Origin: Minisyncoccia bacterium
GTDB lineage: Bacteria > Patescibacteriota > Minisyncoccia > Phycocordibacterales > UBA918
Assembly: GCA_041738755.1 (NCBI GenBank)
Contig: JBGSPE010000011.1
Location: 6,658-70,657, forward strand
Length of the DNA stretch: 64,000 nt
Reading direction: 5' to 3'
Both the position numbers and the translations under genes were made by a program. Below, in pieces: positions 1-9,096 of the stretch. The notes below the pieces were generated by a model. It was not told the origin of the DNA, made no database searches, and worked only from the letters and a program-made list of their open reading frames with translations. The stretch's first letter is position 1, and each line of letters opens with the position of its first letter.

Positions 1-70
1 GGGATGTAGCATAGTGGTAGTGTGCGCCCATGGGGTGGGTGTGGCCCGAGTTCGATTCTCGGCATCCCGA
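1..70 (+). tRNA. tRNA-Pro (anticodon GGG), 5' end truncated by about 1 nt at the window edge
   Basis: Cloverleaf by eye. The acceptor 3' strand CATCCCG (63-69) pairs with the 5' GGGATG plus one base before the window. The T-arm is CCGAG/TTCGATT/CTCGG (46-62). The anticodon stem is CGCCC/GGGTG (25-29/37-41) with loop ATGGGGT, which gives U33, anticodon GGG and G37. The D-arm is GCAT..GTGT. Confidence 0.55.
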
Positions 71-113
71 CAGAATTTCAAGATAATGGTTTATCGTTTA
101 AATATCAAAAAAA

Positions 114-139
114 GCCGAGCTATCGCTCGGCCTTTTTTA
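114..139. terminator. Rho-independent terminator hairpin (GCCGAGC-tatc-GCTCGGC followed by a T-run), bidirectional
   Basis: A GC stem flanked by an A-run on one side and a T-run on the other, lying between the tRNA and the convergent small ORF. Confidence 0.6.
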
Positions 140-367
140 TACGGATGGAAACAAAGGGAAGCCCATGGCCGCCTGTAGACGTTTACTCTTTTTCACGAGT
201 AGAATACCGGATGTAAAGATAGTTATTGCTATCGCCAAAAATATAATTTCTTCAATAGCTGTTCCTCCAGTAAGTACAATATAGACTCCTACCACTATTA
301 ATAGTCCAGCTGTCCAAATAACTGTAGAGAAAACCATGAAAATAAAATTCTTTATGAGTTCTTTCAT
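137..367 (-). CDS. small hydrophobic membrane protein (hypothetical)
   Basis: 76-aa ORF whose translation is almost entirely transmembrane-like. Confidence 0.3.
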   Translation of the reverse strand: MKELIKNFIFMVFSTVIWTAGLLIVVGVYIVLTGGTAIEEIIFLAIAITIFTSGILLVKKSKRLQAAMGFPLFPSV

Positions 368-369
368 AC

Positions 370-849
370 TTACCCTTCACTTTCTCGCTTCAATAGCTCT
401 GCTTTGTGACCAACGAGATTGGCAAGGAGTTGCAAGAAGGTAGCCACAACTGAGAGGGCTAAAATGACAGTTGGGAAAATAGCGTATGGCGTCAGGAGGT
501 AAAAGAACGTGACAGTAGCAGTCGCCCACACACCAATACACCATGGACAGGACAAAAGGTCGGCAATCGTACGACGCGGACCAAACTTTGGCTTCACGAG
601 TTCATAGCTCTTCCCTACCTTGGCAATATCCAAAAATTGCTCTCGGATAAATTTCGTAATCGCGTCATAGACAAAGAGTCGGATAATCCGCCACGAAGCG
701 AGTGTAATCAAAACAAAATCAACCAACTTGAGTTCGGCATACGGGATCCTCGACTCAGACTGCAGAATAATCGCCCCCATCACCACAAGCAGTGTGAAGA
801 AAAGCATGAACACAAAATTCCAAAAATACTGGTCGGTAATGCGAAGCAT
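370..849 (-). CDS. membrane protein with a CPWCxGxW motif (DUF1360-like)
   Basis: 159-aa ORF with several TM helices and the motif LSCPWCIGVWATA. Confidence 0.45.
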   Translation of the reverse strand: MLRITDQYFWNFVFMLFFTLLVVMGAIILQSESRIPYAELKLVDFVLITLASWRIIRLFVYDAITKFIREQFLDIAKVGKSYELVKPKFGPRRTIADLLSCPWCIGVWATATVTFFYLLTPYAIFPTVILALSVVATFLQLLANLVGHKAELLKRESEG

Positions 850-887
850 ATTGTTTGTAGTATACCATCACTCCCCCATCAAAATCA

Positions 888-1286
888 CTACTTATTTTTC
901 GACCTATACCCTCGAATAATTTGAATAATTGAACCAAAAGTAAAGATAAAATACAAAATGAATTGTGCCATTAAGTCAAACTGGTCGTTCATATTAAACC
1001 ATCCACCAGGCCTATGGTGAAATTCTAAGCTAATCACAAGCGAAAGAAAAATTATGACTGGTATTGTGAATTTAATAAAATTCCACCAACTATTGAATAC
1101 TTTATTCGGCATCCAAAATGTAACTATTGAAAAAACCAGGATAAAAGGAAATACTAAAAAAATGTCTTGATATTTATTGATACCATCTCCACAATAGACT
1201 GCACACACTCCAAACTGTCTTGTGTTGAAGAGAACAAATAGTATCAAGCTACCTATAATAGACAGAATTAAAGTCACATTTTTCAT
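888..1286 (-). CDS. hypothetical integral membrane protein
   Basis: 132-aa ORF with four predicted TM segments. It overlaps the downstream gene start by 4 nt, which suggests an operon. Confidence 0.4.
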   Translation of the reverse strand: MKNVTLILSIIGSLILFVLFNTRQFGVCAVYCGDGINKYQDIFLVFPFILVFSIVTFWMPNKVFNSWWNFIKFTIPVIIFLSLVISLEFHHRPGGWFNMNDQFDLMAQFILYFIFTFGSIIQIIRGYRSKNK

Positions 1287-3796
1287 ACTTTGGCTATACT
1301 TAGCAAATTTAATAATCTAACCAGTTCGCTTAATAATCTATACATCTCTTGCCAGTACAGATCTGTTGAAGTAGTAACGCCTTCTACCTGACCCATTGCT
1401 CGAACTCTAGTACCACCTCCTCCAGTATCTCGAGAAATTTCTGTAGGTTCTTCAATTTCTGAAGGAACTGTTGGTGATGGAGTAATAGATAATTCGATTA
1501 TTGAATTATTTGTAAGTATGTCAGCATCAATTACTCCGTCACCTTCATAGTCTATCGTAAGTGAACTTGAAGCTAATTCAGCTTGGGGGACAAATATAAC
1601 CTCTGTACCCACATCACTTGGAATACCAACAAAATCAATCCTCTCAACAAGCTCCTCTCCTTCCCATTCTTCAACTTCGAGCGTAAATGAACCAAACTCT
1701 TGTCCAAATAGTAAAAGTTCAGTATCTGATATATCACTAGGAACACTAATGTACTGCACTTCTCCAAAGCGTTGGTAGTAACCTCCTTCAATAGTCCTTG
1801 TTGTGCTACTTAATTCTCCCGCCGGACTTCTGAGCTTCATATCAAGTGGGGAATGTAACTGGTATACCACTCTATCTGTACTTTCTAAATTTACTGGATT
1901 TTCAGAAATATATTCAAACTCAAATTCTGAATTAATTCCTAGAGTATTAGCTATATAGGCTTGGACATCAGAGACTTCAAGCATGTCTTTATGAACGCGA
2001 TTTAATAATACATCGTTGTTGTATTTGTCTAAATCTAACCACAAGGTTTCTATATCTTCAATTGCTTGAGCACTACTACCCATAACTGTGCCGTCTCCTT
2101 CGGGTGATGTTGTGATTCTAGTTCCTAATTTTGGTTCATATTGAGTACACAGAAATAATATTCGAGAGACACATTTTTGATCAGTAAAATATGAAATGGT
2201 TGCCGGTGTCTGAACGCCTACTCCAGCAATTTGTGACACACCAAGGCTCGCTGGTGGTGTCCAGGCTGATTGAATTTGATGAGCAATATTCGCGTATTCA
2301 AGTAAAAGTGGGTCGGTCACTTCCGGGGTCGCCGAGTCACTTACATCTGGATCAGCTCGACCACTGCTCTTGCTTAAAAAACTATGGAGAGTGTCTTTGT
2401 CAGTGATTGATTCGCCAAATCGAGTTCGCCATTCATCAGTCGCTACCCCAGACTCGAAGATGATGACCGGATCAATTGCGTCAGTAAAATAGGCCTCACT
2501 CGGTAATAGGTGATGAATAAACGGCATAGTATTAATCAAAGTTCTACTCGTTACTTGATTAAGCACAGCACCAAAAGGACCAATTTCAGAACCATGGAGT
2601 AGAGATATGACTGATTCAGGAGTGCCGCTTTGCGGCACTCCGACTAATATTAAATTATCAATCTTTGGAAGAAGTGGATCATTGTTTGCTTCCAAAGTAG
2701 ACAAAAAAGCTTTTGCTACTAACCCGCCATTGGAGTGAGTTACAATAGTTACTTTCCCCGAAAGCGAGTCTTCTGCCATGCGAGCAATTGTTTGGTACAG
2801 ATAGCCATCTACATAACTTGCAGCCAACCCGCCTCTTACTTTCCCATCTGCCTCTGTGCTTTTTAAAATATCATCTAATTTAAGCCTCCAGTCGTACGGG
2901 ACTGCTTCAAAGTCCGCTATTACACCATCACTTTCTAAACTTTCAAAGTCTTCTAAAAATGATTTATATAAACTTAGGCCAAATGTTGCATCGACAATCC
3001 CGCTTGGTTCATTTGTTGTATAAATATCATTATCACTCCGTCCAGTAAAAGATGTGGTCAGTCGTAACTGGGCACAATCGCTAGGAGAAAACCATCGCTC
3101 TTTTATCCCGGGCCCTCCTCCACAAACATCACTTTCTTCATACAGTCGCGAACCCATAATCCCTGGCAGAAACAACACGCTCGAAGCACCGAGGGGTTCG
3201 GGAGTGGTATACGTGATGATGAATGGAATAGCCACGACTTCCTGGTAATCCTGGTAATACGCGTAGGCGGTAGCTGGTAAAAAGAAAGACTTGAGCCACT
3301 GTTTCCAGGTTGGTTCAGTTTGAAAAATTTGAATTGGTATTTCTTCAAACACCAACACCGCAACATACTCCCCTTCCGGAAGTGAGGAGAAATTAAAAGT
3401 ACCACCCCTCCTTACACCCACCTCACGATAATCATTCCCATCAGCACGATAGAGAGTACATGGATTAAAGTATGAATTTCCTGGCTTGTTAATCTGATAC
3501 GTACCGGAAAAGTCTCCGCCTTCAGATATTGTGACGATAGCATCCTTTATGAGCTCAATACCATTAATTGTAATATTGTAACTATATGGGTCTGGTGTAT
3601 CTGCATTAAACGGATTATTACAATCGTCTATTGGAGTACGTTCATCAATTAGTCCATCTCCGTAGTCATACTGGGTGATAACATCACCGCAGGCAAAGGC
3701 CGAGAGTGGTTGGCCACCCCATAGGATTACGGCCGCGAGGCCGAGAATTACTCCTGCCGTTCGCTTCATTACTTTTATGCTACCACCATTTTCCAT
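1283..3796 (-). CDS. large secreted alpha/beta-hydrolase (lipase/esterase, PGAP1/LCAT-like) protein
   Basis: 837-aa ORF. It has an N-terminal signal peptide (KRTAGVILGLAAVILWG), a nucleophile-elbow-like motif VTIVTHSNGGLVAKAF, and Gly/Asp-rich beta-rich flanking domains. Confidence 0.5.
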   Translation of the reverse strand: MENGGSIKVMKRTAGVILGLAAVILWGGQPLSAFACGDVITQYDYGDGLIDERTPIDDCNNPFNADTPDPYSYNITINGIELIKDAIVTISEGGDFSGTYQINKPGNSYFNPCTLYRADGNDYREVGVRRGGTFNFSSLPEGEYVAVLVFEEIPIQIFQTEPTWKQWLKSFFLPATAYAYYQDYQEVVAIPFIITYTTPEPLGASSVLFLPGIMGSRLYEESDVCGGGPGIKERWFSPSDCAQLRLTTSFTGRSDNDIYTTNEPSGIVDATFGLSLYKSFLEDFESLESDGVIADFEAVPYDWRLKLDDILKSTEADGKVRGGLAASYVDGYLYQTIARMAEDSLSGKVTIVTHSNGGLVAKAFLSTLEANNDPLLPKIDNLILVGVPQSGTPESVISLLHGSEIGPFGAVLNQVTSRTLINTMPFIHHLLPSEAYFTDAIDPVIIFESGVATDEWRTRFGESITDKDTLHSFLSKSSGRADPDVSDSATPEVTDPLLLEYANIAHQIQSAWTPPASLGVSQIAGVGVQTPATISYFTDQKCVSRILFLCTQYEPKLGTRITTSPEGDGTVMGSSAQAIEDIETLWLDLDKYNNDVLLNRVHKDMLEVSDVQAYIANTLGINSEFEFEYISENPVNLESTDRVVYQLHSPLDMKLRSPAGELSSTTRTIEGGYYQRFGEVQYISVPSDISDTELLLFGQEFGSFTLEVEEWEGEELVERIDFVGIPSDVGTEVIFVPQAELASSSLTIDYEGDGVIDADILTNNSIIELSITPSPTVPSEIEEPTEISRDTGGGGTRVRAMGQVEGVTTSTDLYWQEMYRLLSELVRLLNLLSIAKV

Positions 3797-3811
3797 CTTG
3801 ACCAGCCCTTA

Positions 3812-4522
3812 CCGTGAATTCCCGAGGTCTGACCTCGGGAATTCAGTACCAAACGAAATCCAATCTAACAATTCACTTTTTACATCAGTTGCTGTTGAAA
3901 AATACCTTGGAAAATGTTCTTGATTCAAGATCCTTGAACTTAAGTACTCATGGTTAATATAGGCCATTAAACTAGAATATGGATATAAACAAACGTCATT
4001 ATATATTTTTTTAGTCATATCAAAATATGTATCGTCTGATTCGTTAGATTTAAATAATTTGACTGGATTAAGATGTATATATGAAAAAAGATATTTTAGA
4101 TATTCATCTGAATCAGAGTGTTTTGCTTTAAAACGACTTTCAAACAAGCCTCCCGTTCTTTCATACTTTTTATTGAAGTACATCGAATACCCGGTCATTA
4201 ACTTACTCATAAATTTTGAAATACCCTGCTCTGCTAGTGGTGTGAGCAGCAAATGAAAATGGTTAGGCATCAAACAATACGCCCCAACCGCGACAAGATT
4301 TTCACCACGTTCGAATTCATAGATATTTTTGTGTGTCTTTTTAATATCTTTTATACTTACGGACTTTGTAGAGTTAGCAAGGTAAAGAAGACTTAGAAAA
4401 CGCTGATAGTCTTCTGGAGATTCGAAGATTATTCGCTTATCTGTACCTCGGTTGTAAACATGATAGAACTCCTGAGGTGCAAATTCGACGGTTCTTGTAA
4501 CCATACGGTTTAAGAATAACAT
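3812..4522 (-). CDS. REP-associated tyrosine transposase (RAYT; IS200-like Y1 transposase)
   Basis: Contains HVYNRG and the HuH motif YCLMPNHFHLL, and is about 230 aa, as expected for this family. The C-terminal tail of the ORF (EFPRSDLGNS) is a translation of the flanking REP palindrome, so the true stop may lie earlier. Confidence 0.75.
3815..3843. repeat. REP-like perfect palindrome GAATTCCCGAGGTCTGACCTCGGGAATTC
   Basis: Perfect inverted repeat immediately downstream of the RAYT gene. Related copies occur at 4528, 5005 and 5189. Confidence 0.8.
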
Positions 4523-4527
4523 TTTTT

Positions 4528-4558
4528 ATATATCCCGAGGTCAGACCTCGGGATATAT
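4528..4558. repeat. REP-like palindrome ATATATCCCGAGGTCAGACCTCGGGATATAT
   Basis: Inverted repeat just upstream of the RAYT start. Its loop (TCAGA) is in the opposite orientation to the 3815 copy (TCTGA). Confidence 0.8.
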
Positions 4559-4650
4559 CTTTCTGGGAAGCAGGTTTTAGATGGTTGGGTGTGAGTTTGG
4601 GAGAAAAATGATAGAGTACTCTATCGCTACAATGGGGTGGCGAATGATTT

Positions 4651-4974
4651 TTGAAGGAGTGTTCTTTTATGGACGATAATAAGGCTGATCAGCCGCGAGC
4701 AATGCCGGTGATGGTTGAAGGCATGAACGGTGCCTGTATGCCCGGTGCGAGCCACATGGCGTCGGCTGGGGTGGTTGTAGTCACGAGTAAGGAAGTGTTG
4801 GCCATACCTGATGATTGTCCGATGCTGGACCTGGGAGACGGCTTCTCCGGCACACCGAATACGGCCGAGTTGCTGCCGCAATCGGCACCTCAGCAGGCAG
4901 TCGCCTACTATGATGATTCGCCGGAGCTCGCTCTGAATAGCTTCTCGATTGATGGAGATGATGAAACGGAATAG
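4651..4974 (+). CDS. hypothetical small protein in a GC-rich segment
   Basis: 107-aa ORF in a stretch with visibly higher GC than its surroundings, flanked by REP copies. A longer ORF overlaps on the opposite strand, so it is unclear which strand codes. Confidence 0.2.
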   Translation: MKECSFMDDNKADQPRAMPVMVEGMNGACMPGASHMASAGVVVVTSKEVLAIPDDCPMLDLGDGFSGTPNTAELLPQSAPQQAVAYYDDSPELALNSFSIDGDDETE

Positions 4975-5004
4975 TCGGGACTGGCCCACTAATCAGTAGC
5001 ATGG

Positions 5005-5029
5005 TATCCCGAGGTCAGACCTCGGGATA
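5005..5029. repeat. REP-like palindrome TATCCCGAGGTCAGACCTCGGGATA
   Basis: Third REP copy. Confidence 0.8.
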
Positions 5030-5039
5030 GTAAAAACAA

Positions 5040-5310
5040 AAAGCCGGTTGGTGCGCGCGCATCAACCGGCTTTTCTCTTGTTTTTAGATTTCCCTAGGTC
5101 TTGCCTAGGGAGAATTTGGTTTCCTATAGTGAGGGGATGTATATAACAAAAAGCCCCGCCGAAGTTAATCGGGGGGCTTTTTGTGTGTTATCCCGAGGTC
5201 TGACCTCGGGATAGGTTTTATTACTGCTTTATCAAGGCGATACCTTGATAAAGCAGTAGGTGGATGGGGTCAGATACAAGAAAACCCCGCCGAGGCGGGG
5301 TTTTCTTTAG
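5040..5310. terminator. cluster of stem-loop/terminator-like hairpins interleaved with REPs
   Basis: Hairpins at about 5040-5068 (AAAGCCGGTTG..CAACCGGCTTTT), 5146-5183 (AAAAAGCCCCGCC..GGGGGGCTTTTTG), 5221-5258 (CTGCTTTATCAAGG cgata CCTTGATAAAGCAG) and 5281-5305 (AAAACCCCGCCGAGGCGGGGTTTTC). Confidence 0.5.
5189..5213. repeat. REP-like palindrome TATCCCGAGGTCTGACCTCGGGATA
   Basis: Fourth REP copy, with the loop in TCTGA orientation. Confidence 0.8.
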
Positions 5311-5348
5311 ACTAGAACTATTCGTTCAAAATCAAGGTAACTAATTAC

Positions 5349-7385
5349 TTAGTTAGCGTTGATGTTGATGAAGCTTGTTCGGAAATCTTGTGCTGGAGTT
5401 GGTGTGTATGTTTCATCATCAGCATCTCCTGCGATTTCGTCATCACTGAAGCCTACACCTGTGAGTGCTACTCGGTGTTGACCTGTAGTGTTGGTGTCTA
5501 CTGTTACAGTCAATGTGAATGTTTCAGTTTCTCCTTCTCGGACTGCGAAGAAATCAGATGATTCCTGGTCAGCTGTTGAAGAAAGTGTTCCTGAAACAGT
5601 TGTTGTTGCTCCGTTTGGACCTTCTACTGTGTAAGATACACCTGTAGTTGTAGCTCCGTTAGTAGCTCGTTCGAAGATGTAGAAGTCACCTTCTACAGCT
5701 GTTACTTCGAAGTCGATTGAGAATGAACCAGTTTGGTCATTGTCTCCAGTTGTGTCAGTTGTAAATTCAACAGCGTCAACTGGTACTACGATACCTTCAG
5801 CTACAAGAGTGTGTTCTTCACCGACAGCTGAACCATTGAGGTCACCACCGAGAATGTCATCAGCTCCTTCAGCGTCAGTTGAGTCTACGTCAGCGCTAGC
5901 TTCGATAGTTGTACCGTTTGAGTATCGATCAACATTGTTTGATGATTCTTGTGCTCGGAAGTCAACCATCACTACTACTGTTACTTCTTCGCCTTCATCA
6001 ATGACGATGTCACCATCGACGTCGAATTCGAACTTAGTAGTATTTGAGTTTGATACTGGTGAGTTTTCCGCATCGAAGATTTCACCATCGATTTCGATTG
6101 ATACATCATCGATAACCAATGATGAAGTTGTTGAGGTTTCAACATCTACGAATAGCGTATTGATTTCAACATCAGCATCTTCTGCTTCGAGAGTGTATTC
6201 AAGAACAGTTACATCATCTGTATCCTGATCTGTATCAACAATGATGTCTGTTGAATCTGGGTTGTTTGAACCAAGTGAGAAGGTAAGTTCTTCACCGTCT
6301 CCTTCAACTACAATGTCGAAGTCAACACCTTCTGAAGCTCCGATTTCATCAAATGAATCTTCGTCTTCAGATACACCATCAGCGTCGAAGTATCGTACGT
6401 CTGTTACTGCAATATTCCATGCTGCGTCAGTGTCGTCATCAACACCGTCAACACTTGACATGATTGTTGCTCCAACAAGTACTTCTACTTCTTCATCTTC
6501 TGGAAGGAAGAGTTCAAGACCTGAGAATCGGAATTCTCCGTCATCTTCTTCGAGGTATTCATCCTCGTCTGAAGCATCGAATTCTGCAATCATGTCGCCA
6601 TCAACCCAGAGGCTGATAGTTTCGAACGTTTCCCATGGGTCTTGTTCGTCAGTTGAAGTTGCAGCATCGAGTACGAAAGTGATTCGGTCGAGTTCGAGGT
6701 CACCATCTGTAGCTTCGATTGTAAGCTCAGCGATAACTTCGTCTTCAGAACCTTCTGGAATGTCAGTGTCTGGAGCGTCGTCGATTTCAAATGTATCGAG
6801 ATCACCTTCACCTGAAAGTTCCATCATTTCGTCATCCATGTCTTCGTCATCCATTTCTTCATCGTCCATTTCTTCGTCATCCATTTCTGCTGAAGTAACA
6901 CAAAGTGCGTTAGCCTTAGCTCGTGAACCTGAACCGAAGTATCCGGTTGGGTTTGAAAGGTTGATTGGTGTAAGGATTTCAGCTGCGTACTTTACTTGGA
7001 ACTTTGATACAGCTGCTGCTGTAGCTGGTCCGTAGTACATAGTTTCCATTCCCTTTGATCCTGCTCCTGAAGCTGACACTGTAGTGTCTGCATCTGAGTT
7101 AAGGAACTGTTGGAGCTTCATAACATCGTCACCAGTTGAACCTGATGAGAGGTCTCGTGTCCATGTGTATGGGCAGAATGAAGCTGAGCTGGTTGAACCT
7201 GCTCCAGCTGAAGCTGGTACGTCTGATTGTAGAGCAGCAACTTGCGCGAGCAAGTCGTTGATCATTGCTTGAAGTTCTTCAGTAGTTTGCGCTTGTGATA
7301 CAGGTGCAAATGCTGAGAACATCATAGCGATTGCAATCAAAGCTACTGTGAACTTTGATGCAACGTTTTCTGTGATATTCGTCAT
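5349..7385 (-). CDS. secreted, highly acidic, low-complexity surface protein with an N-terminal peptidoglycan-binding-like domain
   Basis: 678-aa ORF with an N-terminal signal/TM segment. It carries a PG_binding_1-like segment (DDVMKLQQFLNSD...YYGPATAAAVSKFQ), (MDDEE)n repeats and a long D/E/T/S-rich region. The antisense Ser-rich ORFs are artifacts. Confidence 0.55.
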   Translation of the reverse strand: MTNITENVASKFTVALIAIAMMFSAFAPVSQAQTTEELQAMINDLLAQVAALQSDVPASAGAGSTSSASFCPYTWTRDLSSGSTGDDVMKLQQFLNSDADTTVSASGAGSKGMETMYYGPATAAAVSKFQVKYAAEILTPINLSNPTGYFGSGSRAKANALCVTSAEMDDEEMDDEEMDDEDMDDEMMELSGEGDLDTFEIDDAPDTDIPEGSEDEVIAELTIEATDGDLELDRITFVLDAATSTDEQDPWETFETISLWVDGDMIAEFDASDEDEYLEEDDGEFRFSGLELFLPEDEEVEVLVGATIMSSVDGVDDDTDAAWNIAVTDVRYFDADGVSEDEDSFDEIGASEGVDFDIVVEGDGEELTFSLGSNNPDSTDIIVDTDQDTDDVTVLEYTLEAEDADVEINTLFVDVETSTTSSLVIDDVSIEIDGEIFDAENSPVSNSNTTKFEFDVDGDIVIDEGEEVTVVVMVDFRAQESSNNVDRYSNGTTIEASADVDSTDAEGADDILGGDLNGSAVGEEHTLVAEGIVVPVDAVEFTTDTTGDNDQTGSFSIDFEVTAVEGDFYIFERATNGATTTGVSYTVEGPNGATTTVSGTLSSTADQESSDFFAVREGETETFTLTVTVDTNTTGQHRVALTGVGFSDDEIAGDADDETYTPTPAQDFRTSFININAN

Positions 7386-8179
7386 ATAATAATTTATTTG
7401 TTTTGTACGTGATTAAGCACGTCGTCTGCATATCTGCAGACTTTAATTTGATAAGGCCTAATAAATATGAATTAATTCATATTCGTAAATGGGTTATCAC
7501 GCCACTTACGTAATATCACTAACTCAGAGGGTTACCCCTCTGAGGTTAGCTGTGATTCCGGGGTGCGTCAGTCAAGCGGTCAAAGGCGGGAATAGGTACG
7601 GCGGTATATCTCTTTTGAAGGTGGCTTTCGTTACCATAGTAAGAGGCCACGTTCGTAAGAACGTTTATTGCAAGGATATATAAATGATTGAGGGAGTGAA
7701 CTCCGACTCATCATTAGCTTGTCAATGAACATACACCCGAGCTGAAGCTTCTTCATATATCAGAGATGGTTTGTGGTCTTCACAAAGCACGTATCTGATT
7801 CAGAAAAAGCGCACTTCAGCGCAGTACTGTAGAGTGTAGCATTTTTGGAGAAAATATCCAGTTTTGTAATTGTGGATATGCAGAATTCAAGAATGAATTA
7901 AGCGCGTATTCACAAGACTTATGCTTGATATTTTCTAACTACAAACAACAGTACGTGGGTCTGTTATATAAGACGACCTCTGTCATGGCTTCTTACCCCT
8001 CCTTTTATTACAGAACAACAATAGGAAGTGTGCAACTATGGGGGTATGAGTGGATTGCGGAAGCGTGCGACAGCTGTCTTTTAATACTGCTGTCGCTCGC
8101 TTCCCTTCATCATGTGCGTATCATTTTGACTTATACAACACTCACACGTATCTAAGACACTTAATTATCTATAAGACAG

Positions 8180-9025
8180 TTATTTCTTTACCGAGTACTT
8201 AGACCAGCGTCTTTCTCCTTCACGGATTACTTGTCCTTTTTCTATGAGACTATTGAGTTCACGTTGAATTGTCTTTTCACTCACGTCGGTGATGATTTCT
8301 GCGATGTCTTTGATGGTAGCTTGGGGTTTGGCTTCAAGGACTGTCTTTATGCGGTCTGATCTATCGGTCAACTGACTGTAGACAAAGTGGGCGTCGCTAC
8401 TGATGTCACCGGCAGGAATCTGTACACGTTGTCTCCGCGGAGTCGTTACTCGTTTGTTACTGATGGCTCCGATTGATTTTTGAGTTAGGGTCTCTCCTCT
8501 CATGCCAAGTTCAGCCATACCAGAGAGTGATACTCCGGCTACTTTGAGATAGTGGTGATTGATGTACCGCTGCGTAGCATCAAGTTGCTCAAAGAGTATG
8601 TTGGTGATGTTCCCCGGGACCGCACCAGAGGCTTCGGCGATACGGAGTGTGCTCTCAAGTGAGACGAGACTATGGAGGAAGTGTTCGAGTCCTTCATACT
8701 CTTCGTGCGTCTGTAACCGGAGTGTCTCTAAGGCGACTTCGTGTGTTTGGAGCGCTTTGTCTTTGAGGTGATCAACGTGGATGCTTGTCTCTTGTCCTTT
8801 ATTAATGTGAGACAAAATATAGAAGATAACTGATACTAGCTTCTCTGTTTTCTTAAAGACATTATTAAAGTACTCAGAGTCATTTGCGAGTCTTTTAATC
8901 TGGAATAAGTTGTCCTTTTCTGAAGTCATAGCGGTGTCTTTTTGTCTTATAAGTTGCTCGGTTGTCTTAGACTCTACTATAAGGACATTTGAGACATTTG
9001 CAAGTAAGCGGTCCTTTCTTATCAA
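8180..9025 (-). CDS. hypothetical protein with a C-terminal winged-HTH-like DNA-binding domain (putative regulator)
   Basis: 281-aa ORF. The C-terminus IKDIAEIITDVSEKTIQRELNSLIEKGQVIREGERRWSKY resembles a wHTH. Confidence 0.4.
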   Translation of the reverse strand: MIRKDRLLANVSNVLIVESKTTEQLIRQKDTAMTSEKDNLFQIKRLANDSEYFNNVFKKTEKLVSVIFYILSHINKGQETSIHVDHLKDKALQTHEVALETLRLQTHEEYEGLEHFLHSLVSLESTLRIAEASGAVPGNITNILFEQLDATQRYINHHYLKVAGVSLSGMAELGMRGETLTQKSIGAISNKRVTTPRRQRVQIPAGDISSDAHFVYSQLTDRSDRIKTVLEAKPQATIKDIAEIITDVSEKTIQRELNSLIEKGQVIREGERRWSKYSVKK

Positions 9026-9096
9026 CGTCTTGGCGCGCGTGCGACATGGTATGATGTGCGTATTACGTGCAAGAATTTTGTTGATTTTTATTTCCT

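Noticed and set aside
5740-7035. Two long plus-strand Ser/Thr-rich ORFs (162 and 264 aa) antisense to the acidic surface-protein gene
   Set aside because: They are the antisense reading of the GA(T/C)/GA(A/G)-rich acidic coding sequence. They have no start context and no motifs. The minus-strand gene has a signal peptide and a recognisable domain.
7386-8179. Whether the region is RNase P RNA, tmRNA or SRP RNA
   Set aside because: I could not find the conserved P4 (AGGAAAGTCCGGGCTCC-type), tmRNA tag/tRNA-like end, or SRP domain IV motifs by eye. It is left as an unassigned structured region.
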